From an uncultured beta proteobacterium (GTDB taxonomy: Bacteria > Pseudomonadota > Gammaproteobacteria > Burkholderiales > Casimicrobiaceae): 64,000 bases of DNA. Position 1 is the stretch's first letter. Every line of letters starts with the position of its first letter. The position numbers and the translations under genes were made by a program. The DNA lies in assembly GCA_963741315.1 (NCBI GenBank), contig CAVUHK010000010.1, positions 168,270-232,269 on the forward strand, written 5' to 3'. Below the pieces are notes generated by a model. It made no database searches and was not told where the DNA came from. It was given only the letters and a program-made list of their open reading frames with translations. Below, piece by piece: positions 18,064 to 26,619 of the stretch.

Positions 18064-20553
18064 CTAGTCACGCGCGCTGGCGAGGGCTTTCTCTGCTGCC
18101 CTGCGTTCCTCAGCCGTCATCTGCTCCTTGCCGAGACTGTAGGTCAGCTTGTTGATCGTGCCGGTGAAACGGAACGGCAGCTTGTAGCTGTCATCCACCG
18201 GCGTGCGCGTATCGCTGCCGATGTCGAAGGTTTCGTCGATGGCCATCAACAGCGGAATCGTGTGCGGAATCGTCTGCTTTGCGAGCTGCCGGCCATCGAC
18301 CGAGAGCACCCCTGTGCCGCCCTTGCCGGGTCCGGGACCGTCGTACTTGAAGTCGAACACGATCGTATGTTTGCCCGGCTTGAGCGAATCGCCGAGCCAA
18401 TCGGCGCCACCGACGCCGCCTTCCCACCGGTACCTCTTCAGATTGAGCAGGTTATAGACGAACACCGGCTTGCCCTTCTGCAGATACAGCCCATAGCCAC
18501 CGAACTTTCCGCCCAACGTGGCGATCATCCCTTCGGCACCGGCTTTGGGAATGGTCACCTCGGCGGTGATCGTGTAATCCCGATCCAGAATGCTGGGTGC
18601 ATTGCCTACGGGGATCCCGGCGTTCGGGCCGCTGTAGGTGAACACCGTGCGGCCCGCGACCGCGCTCGGCCGCGGCGTGAGCAAGCGCACGAACCCCGAG
18701 TTGTCGAGCGGAAGAACGTTGTATTTCGCCGCCTCGCTCAGGAACAACGCCTGCATTTCCTTCACTTTCTCGGGCATTTTCGCGGCGAGGTCGTTGTACT
18801 GCGAAAAGTCTTCGTTGAGGTTGTAGAGTTCCCACTTGTAGTCGTTGACCGGGGTCAGCTTGCCCGTGCCCAGAAGCCACGGGGGCGCCGGCGGCGTCGT
18901 GGATGCGATCCAGCCATCGTGGTAAATCGCGCGGTTGCCGACCATCTCGAAATATTGCGTCTCGCGCTTCGACGGCGCCTTGGCATTCGACTGGTCGAAC
19001 GTGTAGGCCATGCTCACACCTTCGATCGGCCGCTGCGCGATGCCGTCGACCATCGTCGGGGCCGGAATCCCTGCGGCTTCGAGGATCGTCGGGACGATGT
19101 CGATCACGTGATGGAACTGCGTGCGGATGCCGCCCGCGTCCTTGATGTGTCCAGGCCACGAGACGACCATCCCCTGCCGCGTTCCGCCGAAATGCGACGC
19201 GACCTGCTTGGTCCATTTGAAGGGCGTATCGAACGCCCACGACCACGCGACCGACATGTGCGGATACGTCTTGTCTGAACCCCACGAGTCGTAATAGAGC
19301 ATCAACTCGGCCTCGGGCAGCGTCAGGATGCCGTTGTAGGCGGTCATCTGATTCGGCGTGCCTTCGAGCGTACCCTCCGCGCTGGTGCCGTTGTCACCGC
19401 TGATGTAGATGATCAGCGTGTTGTCGAGCTTGCCCATATCCTCGACCGCCTGGATGACGCGGCCGATCTCGTAGTCGGTGTACGCGGCGTAGCCGGCAAA
19501 CACCTCGGCTTGCCGCGCATAGAGCTTCTTGCGGATGAAGGAAAGCGAATCCCATTTGGGCAGGTCGTCCGGCCACGGCGTGAGTTGCGTGTTCGCCGGG
19601 ATCACACCGAGGCGCTTCTGGTTGGCGAAGATCTGTTCGCGCAGCTTCTCCCAACCCATGTCGAACTTGCCCTTGAACTTGTCGATCCATTCCTTCTTGG
19701 GCTGGTGCGGCGAATGGGTGCCTCCAGGCACGTAGTAGACGAAGAACGGCTGATCGGGCGCAGCGGCGTTCAGGCCGCTCATGTATTTGATCGCCTCGTC
19801 CGCCAGATCGGTGGTGAGGTTGTAGTCGGACCTGCCGACCCATGGAAAGATCTGCGTGTGGTCGCGAAAGAGATACGGCGTCCACTGGTCGGTCTCGCCA
19901 CCCATGAATCCATAGAAATACTGGAAGCCCATTCCGCTCGGCCATTGCTCGAACGGACCCGTCACGCTGTATTGGAAGCCGGGCGTGTTGTGATTCTTGC
20001 CAAACCATGACGTCGAATACCCGTTTCCCTTCAGGATGGCGCCGATGGTGGCGTTGTCGGGTCCGATGATCGAGTCGTACCCTGGAAATCCCGTGGACAG
20101 TTCTCCGATCACGCCAAACCCGACCGCATGGTGGTTGCGGCCGGTGATGAGCGCCGCTCGCGTCGGCGAACACAGCGCCGTGGAGTGGAACTGTGTGTAG
20201 CGCAACCCGGCTTTGGCAATACGATCCATTGCCGGTGTCGGAACGACGCCACCGAATGTGCCCGACACGCCATAGCCCTGATCGTCGGTCATGATGAGCA
20301 GGATGTTCGGCGCGCCCTTGGGCGGCACAATGCGCGGCGGCCACCACGACTTGGAGTCCGTCGCGCCTTCCTTGATCACGCCGCCGAACTTGGGCGGCGG
20401 CGACGGGATCTGATTGCCGGGAATCGTGGTCGTGGCGTCGGGAGAACCCGGCACGCCGAACACGACCTGCGCCGCGGCGGGCGTGACGACCAGCATCACA
20501 GTAGAGACTAGTGCTGCAATCTGCGCCGCGATTCTGAATGGCTTGCGTTGCAT
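18064..20553 (-). CDS. large arylsulfatase (Cys-type) with extended C-terminal domain
   Basis: Carries the FGly signature C-S-P-T-R (LCSPTRAALITGRNHH). The start at ATG 20553 gives the signal peptide MQRKPFRIAAQIAALVSTVMLVVTPAAA. About 829 aa. Confidence 0.9.
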   Translation of the reverse strand: MQRKPFRIAAQIAALVSTVMLVVTPAAAQVVFGVPGSPDATTTIPGNQIPSPPPKFGGVIKEGATDSKSWWPPRIVPPKGAPNILLIMTDDQGYGVSGTFGGVVPTPAMDRIAKAGLRYTQFHSTALCSPTRAALITGRNHHAVGFGVIGELSTGFPGYDSIIGPDNATIGAILKGNGYSTSWFGKNHNTPGFQYSVTGPFEQWPSGMGFQYFYGFMGGETDQWTPYLFRDHTQIFPWVGRSDYNLTTDLADEAIKYMSGLNAAAPDQPFFVYYVPGGTHSPHQPKKEWIDKFKGKFDMGWEKLREQIFANQKRLGVIPANTQLTPWPDDLPKWDSLSFIRKKLYARQAEVFAGYAAYTDYEIGRVIQAVEDMGKLDNTLIIYISGDNGTSAEGTLEGTPNQMTAYNGILTLPEAELMLYYDSWGSDKTYPHMSVAWSWAFDTPFKWTKQVASHFGGTRQGMVVSWPGHIKDAGGIRTQFHHVIDIVPTILEAAGIPAPTMVDGIAQRPIEGVSMAYTFDQSNAKAPSKRETQYFEMVGNRAIYHDGWIASTTPPAPPWLLGTGKLTPVNDYKWELYNLNEDFSQYNDLAAKMPEKVKEMQALFLSEAAKYNVLPLDNSGFVRLLTPRPSAVAGRTVFTYSGPNAGIPVGNAPSILDRDYTITAEVTIPKAGAEGMIATLGGKFGGYGLYLQKGKPVFVYNLLNLKRYRWEGGVGGADWLGDSLKPGKHTIVFDFKYDGPGPGKGGTGVLSVDGRQLAKQTIPHTIPLLMAIDETFDIGSDTRTPVDDSYKLPFRFTGTINKLTYSLGKEQMTAEERRAAEKALASARD

Positions 20554-20615
20554 GATCGATGCTCTCCGGGGGACGCGAACGTCCGAAAGCTTACGCGAGA
20601 CGCGCGTTGTGCGCT

Positions 20616-21002
20616 TCATTGCAGTCCCGCAGGATGGGTGACGCTCGTGATGGCCGCTAGAAGCGCGGTACCCAGGAATGGCTTTGCCAGGTACGCCGCC
20701 GCGCCGTGCCGCACGGCATCGGCACGTACTCCCGGCGCGTCATGCGCGGTAATCAGGATGACGGGAGACAGGCCGCCACGGACGCGCAATTCGTCCAGAA
20801 GTTCGAGGCCGGACATCGCGGGCAACTTGATGTCGCTGATGATGCATGTGGCGTTCTCGAACTCGCTTCCGGCCAGAAGTGCTTCCGCCGATGCGTAGGT
20901 CGTGGTCTCGATGCCCGCTGCGTCCAGCAGGACTTCGATCGCTTCGCGCAAACCGTCATCGTCCTCGACCACGAGTACCCTTCTGCACGCACCGACCGCC
21001 AT
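20616..21002 (-). CDS. single-domain response regulator (receiver only)
   Basis: RVLVVEDDDGLREAIEVLL...DIKLPAMSG...KPF are CheY-like receiver motifs and there is no output domain. ATG 21002 has a GGAG Shine-Dalgarno. Confidence 0.85.
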   Translation of the reverse strand: MAVGACRRVLVVEDDDGLREAIEVLLDAAGIETTTYASAEALLAGSEFENATCIISDIKLPAMSGLELLDELRVRGGLSPVILITAHDAPGVRADAVRHGAAAYLAKPFLGTALLAAITSVTHPAGLQ

Positions 21003-21319
21003 CGTGGAGCTCCGTGTAACCTGCTTGACCGCTGATTTACCGACGGACCGGGCTGGTTTGCGCCGGATCGTCACACGGACACGGGGCGCGGGGAAATTGA
21101 TACTTGGTGCAGGATCGCTGCACCAAAGGACAGGGTCGGCCGCCCAGCGGCCCGGTTTCCTCCCGTTCGCGGCTTGTGGCATTGGACTGACTTTCCATTG
21201 AACGAGCACGGGATTTGGCCTAGGTCAAGGAATGCCGATGCCCGTTGCGCCAGAATCAATCGTGGCATGTTGCCCGACGGGACTGCCCGATTCGTTCTCA
21301 TCGACAACGGAGACCTACC

Positions 21320-21763
21320 ATGTTCAGCAACATCCTGGTGCCGACTGACGGTTCCAAGCTTTCGCAAAAAGCAGTGCAGCAAGCCATCCAGCTCGCGAAA
21401 CTTACCGGCGCGAAGCTCGTCGCCTTGCACGTCTACCCACGATTTACCGGCAGCCCGTACGGTGCGTTTGGGCCGTCGGAAGACGTGATTGCCGAAGCGC
21501 ACGTCAAGGCTCACAAGGCGGACGCAGACAAGCTATTCGCCGCGGTCAAGAAAGCCGCGGGGACGGCCGGCGTACCGGTCGATGCGATGAGTGTCGAGAG
21601 CGACGACATATACAAGCAGATCATCGCCGTCGCCAAGAAGAAGAAGTGCGACCTCATCTGCATGGCGTCGCACGGCCGCCGAGGACTATCGGGCATGGTC
21701 CTTGGCAGCGAGACGCACAAGGTCCTGACGCACAGCACGGTCCCGGTCCTGGTCCTGCGCTGA
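21320..21763 (+). CDS. universal stress protein (UspA family)
   Basis: MFSNILVPTDGSKLSQKAV...MASHGRRGLSGMVLGSETHKVLTHSTVPVLVLR is typical Usp. ATG 21320 has a GGAGA Shine-Dalgarno. Confidence 0.9.
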   Translation: MFSNILVPTDGSKLSQKAVQQAIQLAKLTGAKLVALHVYPRFTGSPYGAFGPSEDVIAEAHVKAHKADADKLFAAVKKAAGTAGVPVDAMSVESDDIYKQIIAVAKKKKCDLICMASHGRRGLSGMVLGSETHKVLTHSTVPVLVLR

Positions 21764-21834
21764 GGCGGCGCGGGAATCGCGACTCAGATCACGCGCCAGC
21801 CGGGTGTGCCCAGGCTGGCGTGTGGAGCAGACGC

Positions 21835-22452
21835 TCAGCCGGGAACGTCGCCTTGTTCTCCGGCAAGCTTGCCGAGTTCGGCAGCGGTGTCGACACCCAG
21901 CTTGTCCATCACCTGCGCGCGATACGCCTTGACCGTGCGCAGGCTGATGCCGAGCTCCGCAGCGACATGCTTGTTGAGTTTGCCGGCAACGATGCGGTCG
22001 AAGACCTCGCGCTCGCGGGCGGTGAGCACCGCGAGTCGCGCGCTTTTGCGCTTGGCTGCGTCGAGTGCCGTGCGCCGCAGGATGTCGCTTGCCAGCGCGC
22101 GCTTGATCGCATCGAGCAGCGCCTCGCGGCCGACGGGCTTTTCCAGAAAATCGACCGCGCCGGCTTTCATCGCCCGCACGCTCGTGGGTACGTCGGCGTG
22201 TCCGGTCAGAAAGACGACCGGGATCGTCACGCCCTGCCGTTGTAGCGCCGCCTGAAGGTCGAGACCCGAAGGTCCAGGCATTCGTACGTCGAGCAGCACG
22301 CAACCCGGGCGATCGGGTGGCGGATCGAGGAGGAACGCTCCGGTCGAATCGTAACCGCGTGCCTCGAAACCGGCCGCGTCCAGCAGGTCGAGCAGCGACG
22401 CGCGCAAGGATTCGTCGTCGTCGACCACGTGAATGAGGGGTGTCGCGTTCAT
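21835..22452 (-). CDS. two-component response regulator, FixJ/LuxR (NarL) family
   Basis: A receiver domain plus a C-terminal LuxR helix-turn-helix (LTAREREVFDRIVAGKLNKHVAAELGISLRTVKAYR). The start lies 1 nt downstream of the kinase stop. Confidence 0.92.
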   Translation of the reverse strand: MNATPLIHVVDDDESLRASLLDLLDAAGFEARGYDSTGAFLLDPPPDRPGCVLLDVRMPGPSGLDLQAALQRQGVTIPVVFLTGHADVPTSVRAMKAGAVDFLEKPVGREALLDAIKRALASDILRRTALDAAKRKSARLAVLTAREREVFDRIVAGKLNKHVAAELGISLRTVKAYRAQVMDKLGVDTAAELGKLAGEQGDVPG

Positions 22453-22453
22453 G

Positions 22454-24331
22454 TCAAGGCGAACCAGCATCCCGCGCACCGTTGCTGGCGGGTAGGTCGA
22501 CGTGGAATGCCGCGCCGGCGTCGGGACCGTTCTCGGCCCAGATGCGGCCGCCGTGCGCCTCGACGATCGTTCGCGCTATCGACAGACCGAGCCCCATGCC
22601 GCGCTGCTTGGTGCTGAAGAACGAATCGAAAAGTTTGGACATATGTTCAGGCGCGATGCCGTGACCGCGATCACGGACACTGATCCGGACGCCGCTTGCA
22701 ATCTTGCCGGCCGACATGACGACCAGCCGTCGATCCTCAGGCATATCGGCGACCGCGTCCATGGCGTTGAGAAGCAGATTGATGAGCACTTGCTGGATCT
22801 GGATGGGGTCGCCGACGACGTGCAGCGGTGCCGACGAAGGTCGGGTCTCCAGCGTGACACGCCGATGCCGCGCCTCGCCCTGTAACAGCGCCATGGCATC
22901 GCCCATCGCTTCATTGACTTCGAGTCGCTTGCGCTCTGGCTCCTCCTTGGCGAGGAGCGTGCGCAGTCGGCTGATCACATCGCTGGCGCGCAGATCGTCG
23001 CGTCGAATGCGCGTGACGATACGGCGCAGATCCTCGCGGCGGTCGGTTCCGGACTCGAGCAGCATCTCGGCGGCATCGGCGCTCGCGAGTATCGCGCCGA
23101 GCGGCTGGTTGATTTCGTGGGCAATCGACGCCGTCAGCTCGCCGGCCATCGCAAGACGCGACGCATGCGCTAGTTCCACCCGCTGTTGGTCTACCGCCGA
23201 CTCGGCCGAACGGCGGCGACGGCGTTCGATGAGGAGCGTCGCAATCAGCACGCTCTGGAGCAGGATGACCGCGGCGGTGATGAGCGCGGCGTTGCGGTAC
23301 GTCTGCCAGAATGTCGGCTCCCTGAAGTAAACGATTGCGTCCGCGGGAATCTTCTGCTCGTCGATGCCCCATCGCCGGACCTGCCGCCAGTCGACCCGCA
23401 GCGCCGTCGGCATGACCTTCGGCAAGCGCAACGACTCCGGTGCAGCGCCGGCAAAAATTGCATTGACGCTCTTCGCCGCCTGCCGTCCCATGTCTTCGAA
23501 GCTCGGCATGCGCCCACCCACCACTCCAGTACCGATGAATGTGTCGAAGGGTCCGTACACAGGTGCAGTCGACGCCGCGGCTATCAGGGTGGCGATTTCG
23601 CGTGGATTGAACAGCGCGCCATCGCCGTCCTTGAAATACCCAGGCGTGAACACCACCGAATCCCTGTCGAGTTCGCTCACGCGTTTCAACACGGACGCGG
23701 TCGGCAGGCCGATGAGGTATTCGGTGTTCACGTTGGGCGCGACGGTCGGAATTTCCCGACGCAACTGGGTGTCCCATTCAAGATCGCGATCGGATGCGCC
23801 GATCACGACCACCAGACGCCGAGTGTCCGGATGCCAGCGCAGCGCCTGTTCGATGGTTCCGGCGGAGTCATATTCCCGGGTGACGCCAATCACATTGGCG
23901 GGGAGTGCAGGCATCGCATGCAGGTACGTCGTCGCAACGGCCGCGTGCACCAATGGGGTGCCCGGAAAGAGCTGGTCACGATGACGTAACAGGAAGTCGA
24001 AGGATTCGTTGGAAACGGCGACGATCACATCCGGTGGTCGCGTCGCATACTTCTCACGCAAGTACCTCGACACGGTACCTTCGAAATCCGGGCCCCTGAA
24101 GTCGGGTTCGTCGAGAAATTCGGAGAACATCTGTACTGGCTGTCCTCCGGAATCCATCAACCCTTCTCGCAGACCGCGATCGACCGCAACGTTGCCTGGC
24201 ACCAGTCGATTGTTGGAATAGACCGCGAGGACATTCTTCGTCTGCACAGCCATCACCGGTTGCGCTGGAAGAATCCAAAGAAGCGCTACCAGAAGTATGG
24301 ACATCGACGCGGCGTTGCGACAGGGACGCAT
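22454..24331 (-). CDS. sensor histidine kinase with large periplasmic solute-binding-like domain
   Basis: Contains an H-box (SIAHEINQPL) and an HATPase region (GMGLGLSIAR). The N-terminal roughly 330 aa lie between a signal/TM segment and a second TM, and look like an ABC substrate-binding fold (recalled from memory, not verified). Confidence 0.9.
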   Translation of the reverse strand: MRPCRNAASMSILLVALLWILPAQPVMAVQTKNVLAVYSNNRLVPGNVAVDRGLREGLMDSGGQPVQMFSEFLDEPDFRGPDFEGTVSRYLREKYATRPPDVIVAVSNESFDFLLRHRDQLFPGTPLVHAAVATTYLHAMPALPANVIGVTREYDSAGTIEQALRWHPDTRRLVVVIGASDRDLEWDTQLRREIPTVAPNVNTEYLIGLPTASVLKRVSELDRDSVVFTPGYFKDGDGALFNPREIATLIAAASTAPVYGPFDTFIGTGVVGGRMPSFEDMGRQAAKSVNAIFAGAAPESLRLPKVMPTALRVDWRQVRRWGIDEQKIPADAIVYFREPTFWQTYRNAALITAAVILLQSVLIATLLIERRRRRSAESAVDQQRVELAHASRLAMAGELTASIAHEINQPLGAILASADAAEMLLESGTDRREDLRRIVTRIRRDDLRASDVISRLRTLLAKEEPERKRLEVNEAMGDAMALLQGEARHRRVTLETRPSSAPLHVVGDPIQIQQVLINLLLNAMDAVADMPEDRRLVVMSAGKIASGVRISVRDRGHGIAPEHMSKLFDSFFSTKQRGMGLGLSIARTIVEAHGGRIWAENGPDAGAAFHVDLPASNGARDAGSP

Positions 24332-24369
24332 GGCGCGAGATTCTAGCGCGCCTCGGTATTGAAATTCGA

Positions 24370-25449
24370 TTAACTTGTCCGCCTGTCTACCCTGCCGCGA
24401 ATGCATGACATCGCCAACAATGCCAAGGCGAGGCCCATAACTGTCAGCGCCGTGCCTGCCAAAGCAGGAATTGGCTGTGGACCAGACGCTTGGGCGCTCG
24501 ATATTGCCACCGCCCGTGGCGAAGCAATGCCAGCAATTGTGGCGATTACGGTGTTGGTACGCGTGTCGACGACGGACACCGTTCCGCTGAAGAAATTCGG
24601 CACATAAAGACGGCCGGTGCTTCGATCGATTGCCATTCTTTCCGGTCCATCACCCACCGTTATTGCACCGGCCACGGTATTGTTTGCAAGGTCGATCACC
24701 TGGACAACCGAATCGCGCACAATCGAAACGTACAGACGCGTTTCCGTGGCATTCATTGCGAGCGCGTACGACCCAATCATGACGGGTACGGAAGCAATCA
24801 CAGAATTCGTCGACGTATCGACAATCGATACGGTTGTCCCGAAGTTGTTCGCAACATACAGGCGGGAGCCATCGGCTCGCAATGCCAGACCGAGCGGACC
24901 CTGCCCAACGGGTATCGATGCGGTGACGACGTTGTTCGCCGTATCGATGACGCTAACCGTACCGAAGTTGCCATTTGAAAGATTGGACACGTAAACCCGG
25001 GTGCCGGCGGCATTGATCACCGCAAAACTGGGATAAGCGCCCGCGGGAATCGTCGAGATTTGCGAATTCGAAACCGTGTCGACCAGCGAAGTCGTGAAGA
25101 TCGGAATCGTCCCTTGGTTGGGCACGTATGCGCGAGCCCCCGATGGAGTAAATGCGATGTCGTAGGGTCCGTTGCCGACCGTGAAGGTCGAAAGCAACAG
25201 GTTTGTTGACGGATCTATCACCGCCACCTGGTTTCCATCCGGTCCCAGCGGGGCGTAAAGGCGAGTGCCGCTCGGATTGAATACAACCGTGGCGGGCGAT
25301 ACTGGCAGCGGAATGGTTGTGACGACTGTGTTGGTTGCGGTGTCGACAACCCAGACTCCGCGCAATCCAGCGACATATGCCAAAGGTGCACCGTTCGCAA
25401 ACGATGCACTGAGCGCACAGGCAAGCAGAATGAGCAGGCGCAGATACAC
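24370..25449 (-). CDS. YVTN-family beta-propeller repeat protein with C-terminal IPTL-CTERM-like anchor
   Basis: Shows repeated roughly 40-aa units of the form V.VIDT.TN.V..TI.VG..P.G.A..PDG.R.YV. GTG start at 25449 with a signal peptide. The C-terminal tail is PIPALAGTALTVMGLALALLAMSCIRGRVDRR. Confidence 0.8.
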   Translation of the reverse strand: MYLRLLILLACALSASFANGAPLAYVAGLRGVWVVDTATNTVVTTIPLPVSPATVVFNPSGTRLYAPLGPDGNQVAVIDPSTNLLLSTFTVGNGPYDIAFTPSGARAYVPNQGTIPIFTTSLVDTVSNSQISTIPAGAYPSFAVINAAGTRVYVSNLSNGNFGTVSVIDTANNVVTASIPVGQGPLGLALRADGSRLYVANNFGTTVSIVDTSTNSVIASVPVMIGSYALAMNATETRLYVSIVRDSVVQVIDLANNTVAGAITVGDGPERMAIDRSTGRLYVPNFFSGTVSVVDTRTNTVIATIAGIASPRAVAISSAQASGPQPIPALAGTALTVMGLALALLAMSCIRGRVDRRTS

Positions 25450-25460
25450 AAACAGTCCGA

Positions 25461-25537
25461 TGGCGCGCCCGACAGGAGTCGAACCTGTGACCTTTGGCTT
25501 CGGAAACCAACACTCTATCCAACTGAGCTACGGGCGC
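25461..25537 (-). tRNA. tRNA-Arg (anticodon CCG)
   Basis: The reverse complement folds as a 77-nt cloverleaf: acceptor GCGCCCG/CGGGCGC, anticodon loop UUCCGAA, T-loop UUCGACU and an encoded CCA. Confidence 0.93.
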
Positions 25538-25547
25538 ACGCGAGCGC

Positions 25548-25576
25548 ATTCTACGCGCCGCCCCATGGGGCGTCCA
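25548..25576 (-). promoter_or_regulatory. candidate promoter of tRNA-Arg
   Basis: The minus strand reads TGGACG-N17-TAGAAT. The -10 element ends 10 nt upstream of the tRNA 5' end. Confidence 0.4.
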
Positions 25577-25694
25577 CCGGCGAGCCCCGCGTCTCGCGGC
25601 GCACGCGACTCCACGATATAATCTCTCCTTTTAACCGCACCGGCGCGCAGCGCGCAATTGTGCGGCGGCGGCATCTCCGTTCAAGGACTCCGTG

Positions 25695-26579
25695 ATGAGC
25701 GACGAACATACCTCTTTTATCAAGACGCCCAAGCAGCTGGCCATTGTCGTGCTGCTGGCGTTCGCGGTGCCCATTTCGCTCATCGTGCTGCTCTCGCAAC
25801 TGGTCACCGGCATGCTGCCCGCAGGCAAGTCGGACGACGAAAAGAACGTGCTGATGCGCATCCAGCCGGTCGGCCAGCTCGCGCTCGCCGAAGTCGGACC
25901 CGCGCCTGGCACCCGCACGGGCGAGCAGGTCTTTCAAACTGTCTGCAAGACCTGCCACGAAAGCGGTGTTGCCGGGGCGCCCAAGTTCGGCGACAAAGAG
26001 GCATGGGCGACGCCGATCAAGCAGGGATTCAACGTTCTCGTCCAACACGCGATCAACGGCCTGCAACAGAATGGCAAAGTCATGCCGCCCAAGGGCGGGA
26101 GTGCCGATCTGACCGACACCGAAGTTGCGCGCGCGGTCGCGTACATGGCCAACGCCGGCGGTGCGGCGTTCAAGGAACCGGCGGCGCCCGCTGCCCCTGC
26201 GCAGCTCGCTTCTGCCCCTGCCTCGGCCTCACCGATCGCCACCGCCGCCGCAGCGACGCCGGCGGCACCGACGGCCGCGCCGGCACCTACGGCCGCCGCG
26301 ACGCCCGCGGGAGCACTCGACCAGAAAAGCGCCGAAGCGATGATGGCAAAGGACGGTTGCGCGGCATGCCACGGCATCGACAAGAAGATTGTCGGCCCCG
26401 CCTACGTCGATGTCGCCGCCAAGTATCGCGGCGACAAGAACGCGCTGGCGCAACTGTCGCAGAAGGTCAAGGCTGGCGGTGCCGGCGTCTGGGGACCCGT
26501 CCCCATGCCGCCCAATGCGCAGGTTTCCGACGCCGACATCAAGTCGCTCGTAAGCTGGATCCTGACGCTCAAGAAGTAG
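25695..26579 (+). CDS. membrane-anchored di-haem c-type cytochrome (c5-like + c551/c552-like domains)
   Basis: Has an N-terminal anchor and two CxxCH motifs (CKTCH, CAACH) separated by an Ala/Pro-rich linker. I preferred the ATG at 25695 (AAGGA Shine-Dalgarno) over the GTG at 25692. Confidence 0.88.
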   Translation: MSDEHTSFIKTPKQLAIVVLLAFAVPISLIVLLSQLVTGMLPAGKSDDEKNVLMRIQPVGQLALAEVGPAPGTRTGEQVFQTVCKTCHESGVAGAPKFGDKEAWATPIKQGFNVLVQHAINGLQQNGKVMPPKGGSADLTDTEVARAVAYMANAGGAAFKEPAAPAAPAQLASAPASASPIATAAAATPAAPTAAPAPTAAATPAGALDQKSAEAMMAKDGCAACHGIDKKIVGPAYVDVAAKYRGDKNALAQLSQKVKAGGAGVWGPVPMPPNAQVSDADIKSLVSWILTLKK

Positions 26580-26619
26580 CCGCTTCGCGCGGACCTCGCG
26601 GCGCGCGACACCGCGGCCG

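Noticed and set aside
21243-21260. FNR/Anr-type box (TTGAT-N4-ATCAA) upstream of the usp gene, seen as TTGCGCCAGAATCAA.
   Set aside because: The spacing is one nt too long and the left half-site matches poorly. It is not a convincing FNR site.
12498-25537. A classical tRNA-targeted genomic island with att repeats.
   Set aside because: There is no integrase, transposase or phage gene in the block. By eye I found no partial copy of the tRNA-Arg 3' end near queC or elsewhere. I kept only the weaker statement that the block looks accessory.
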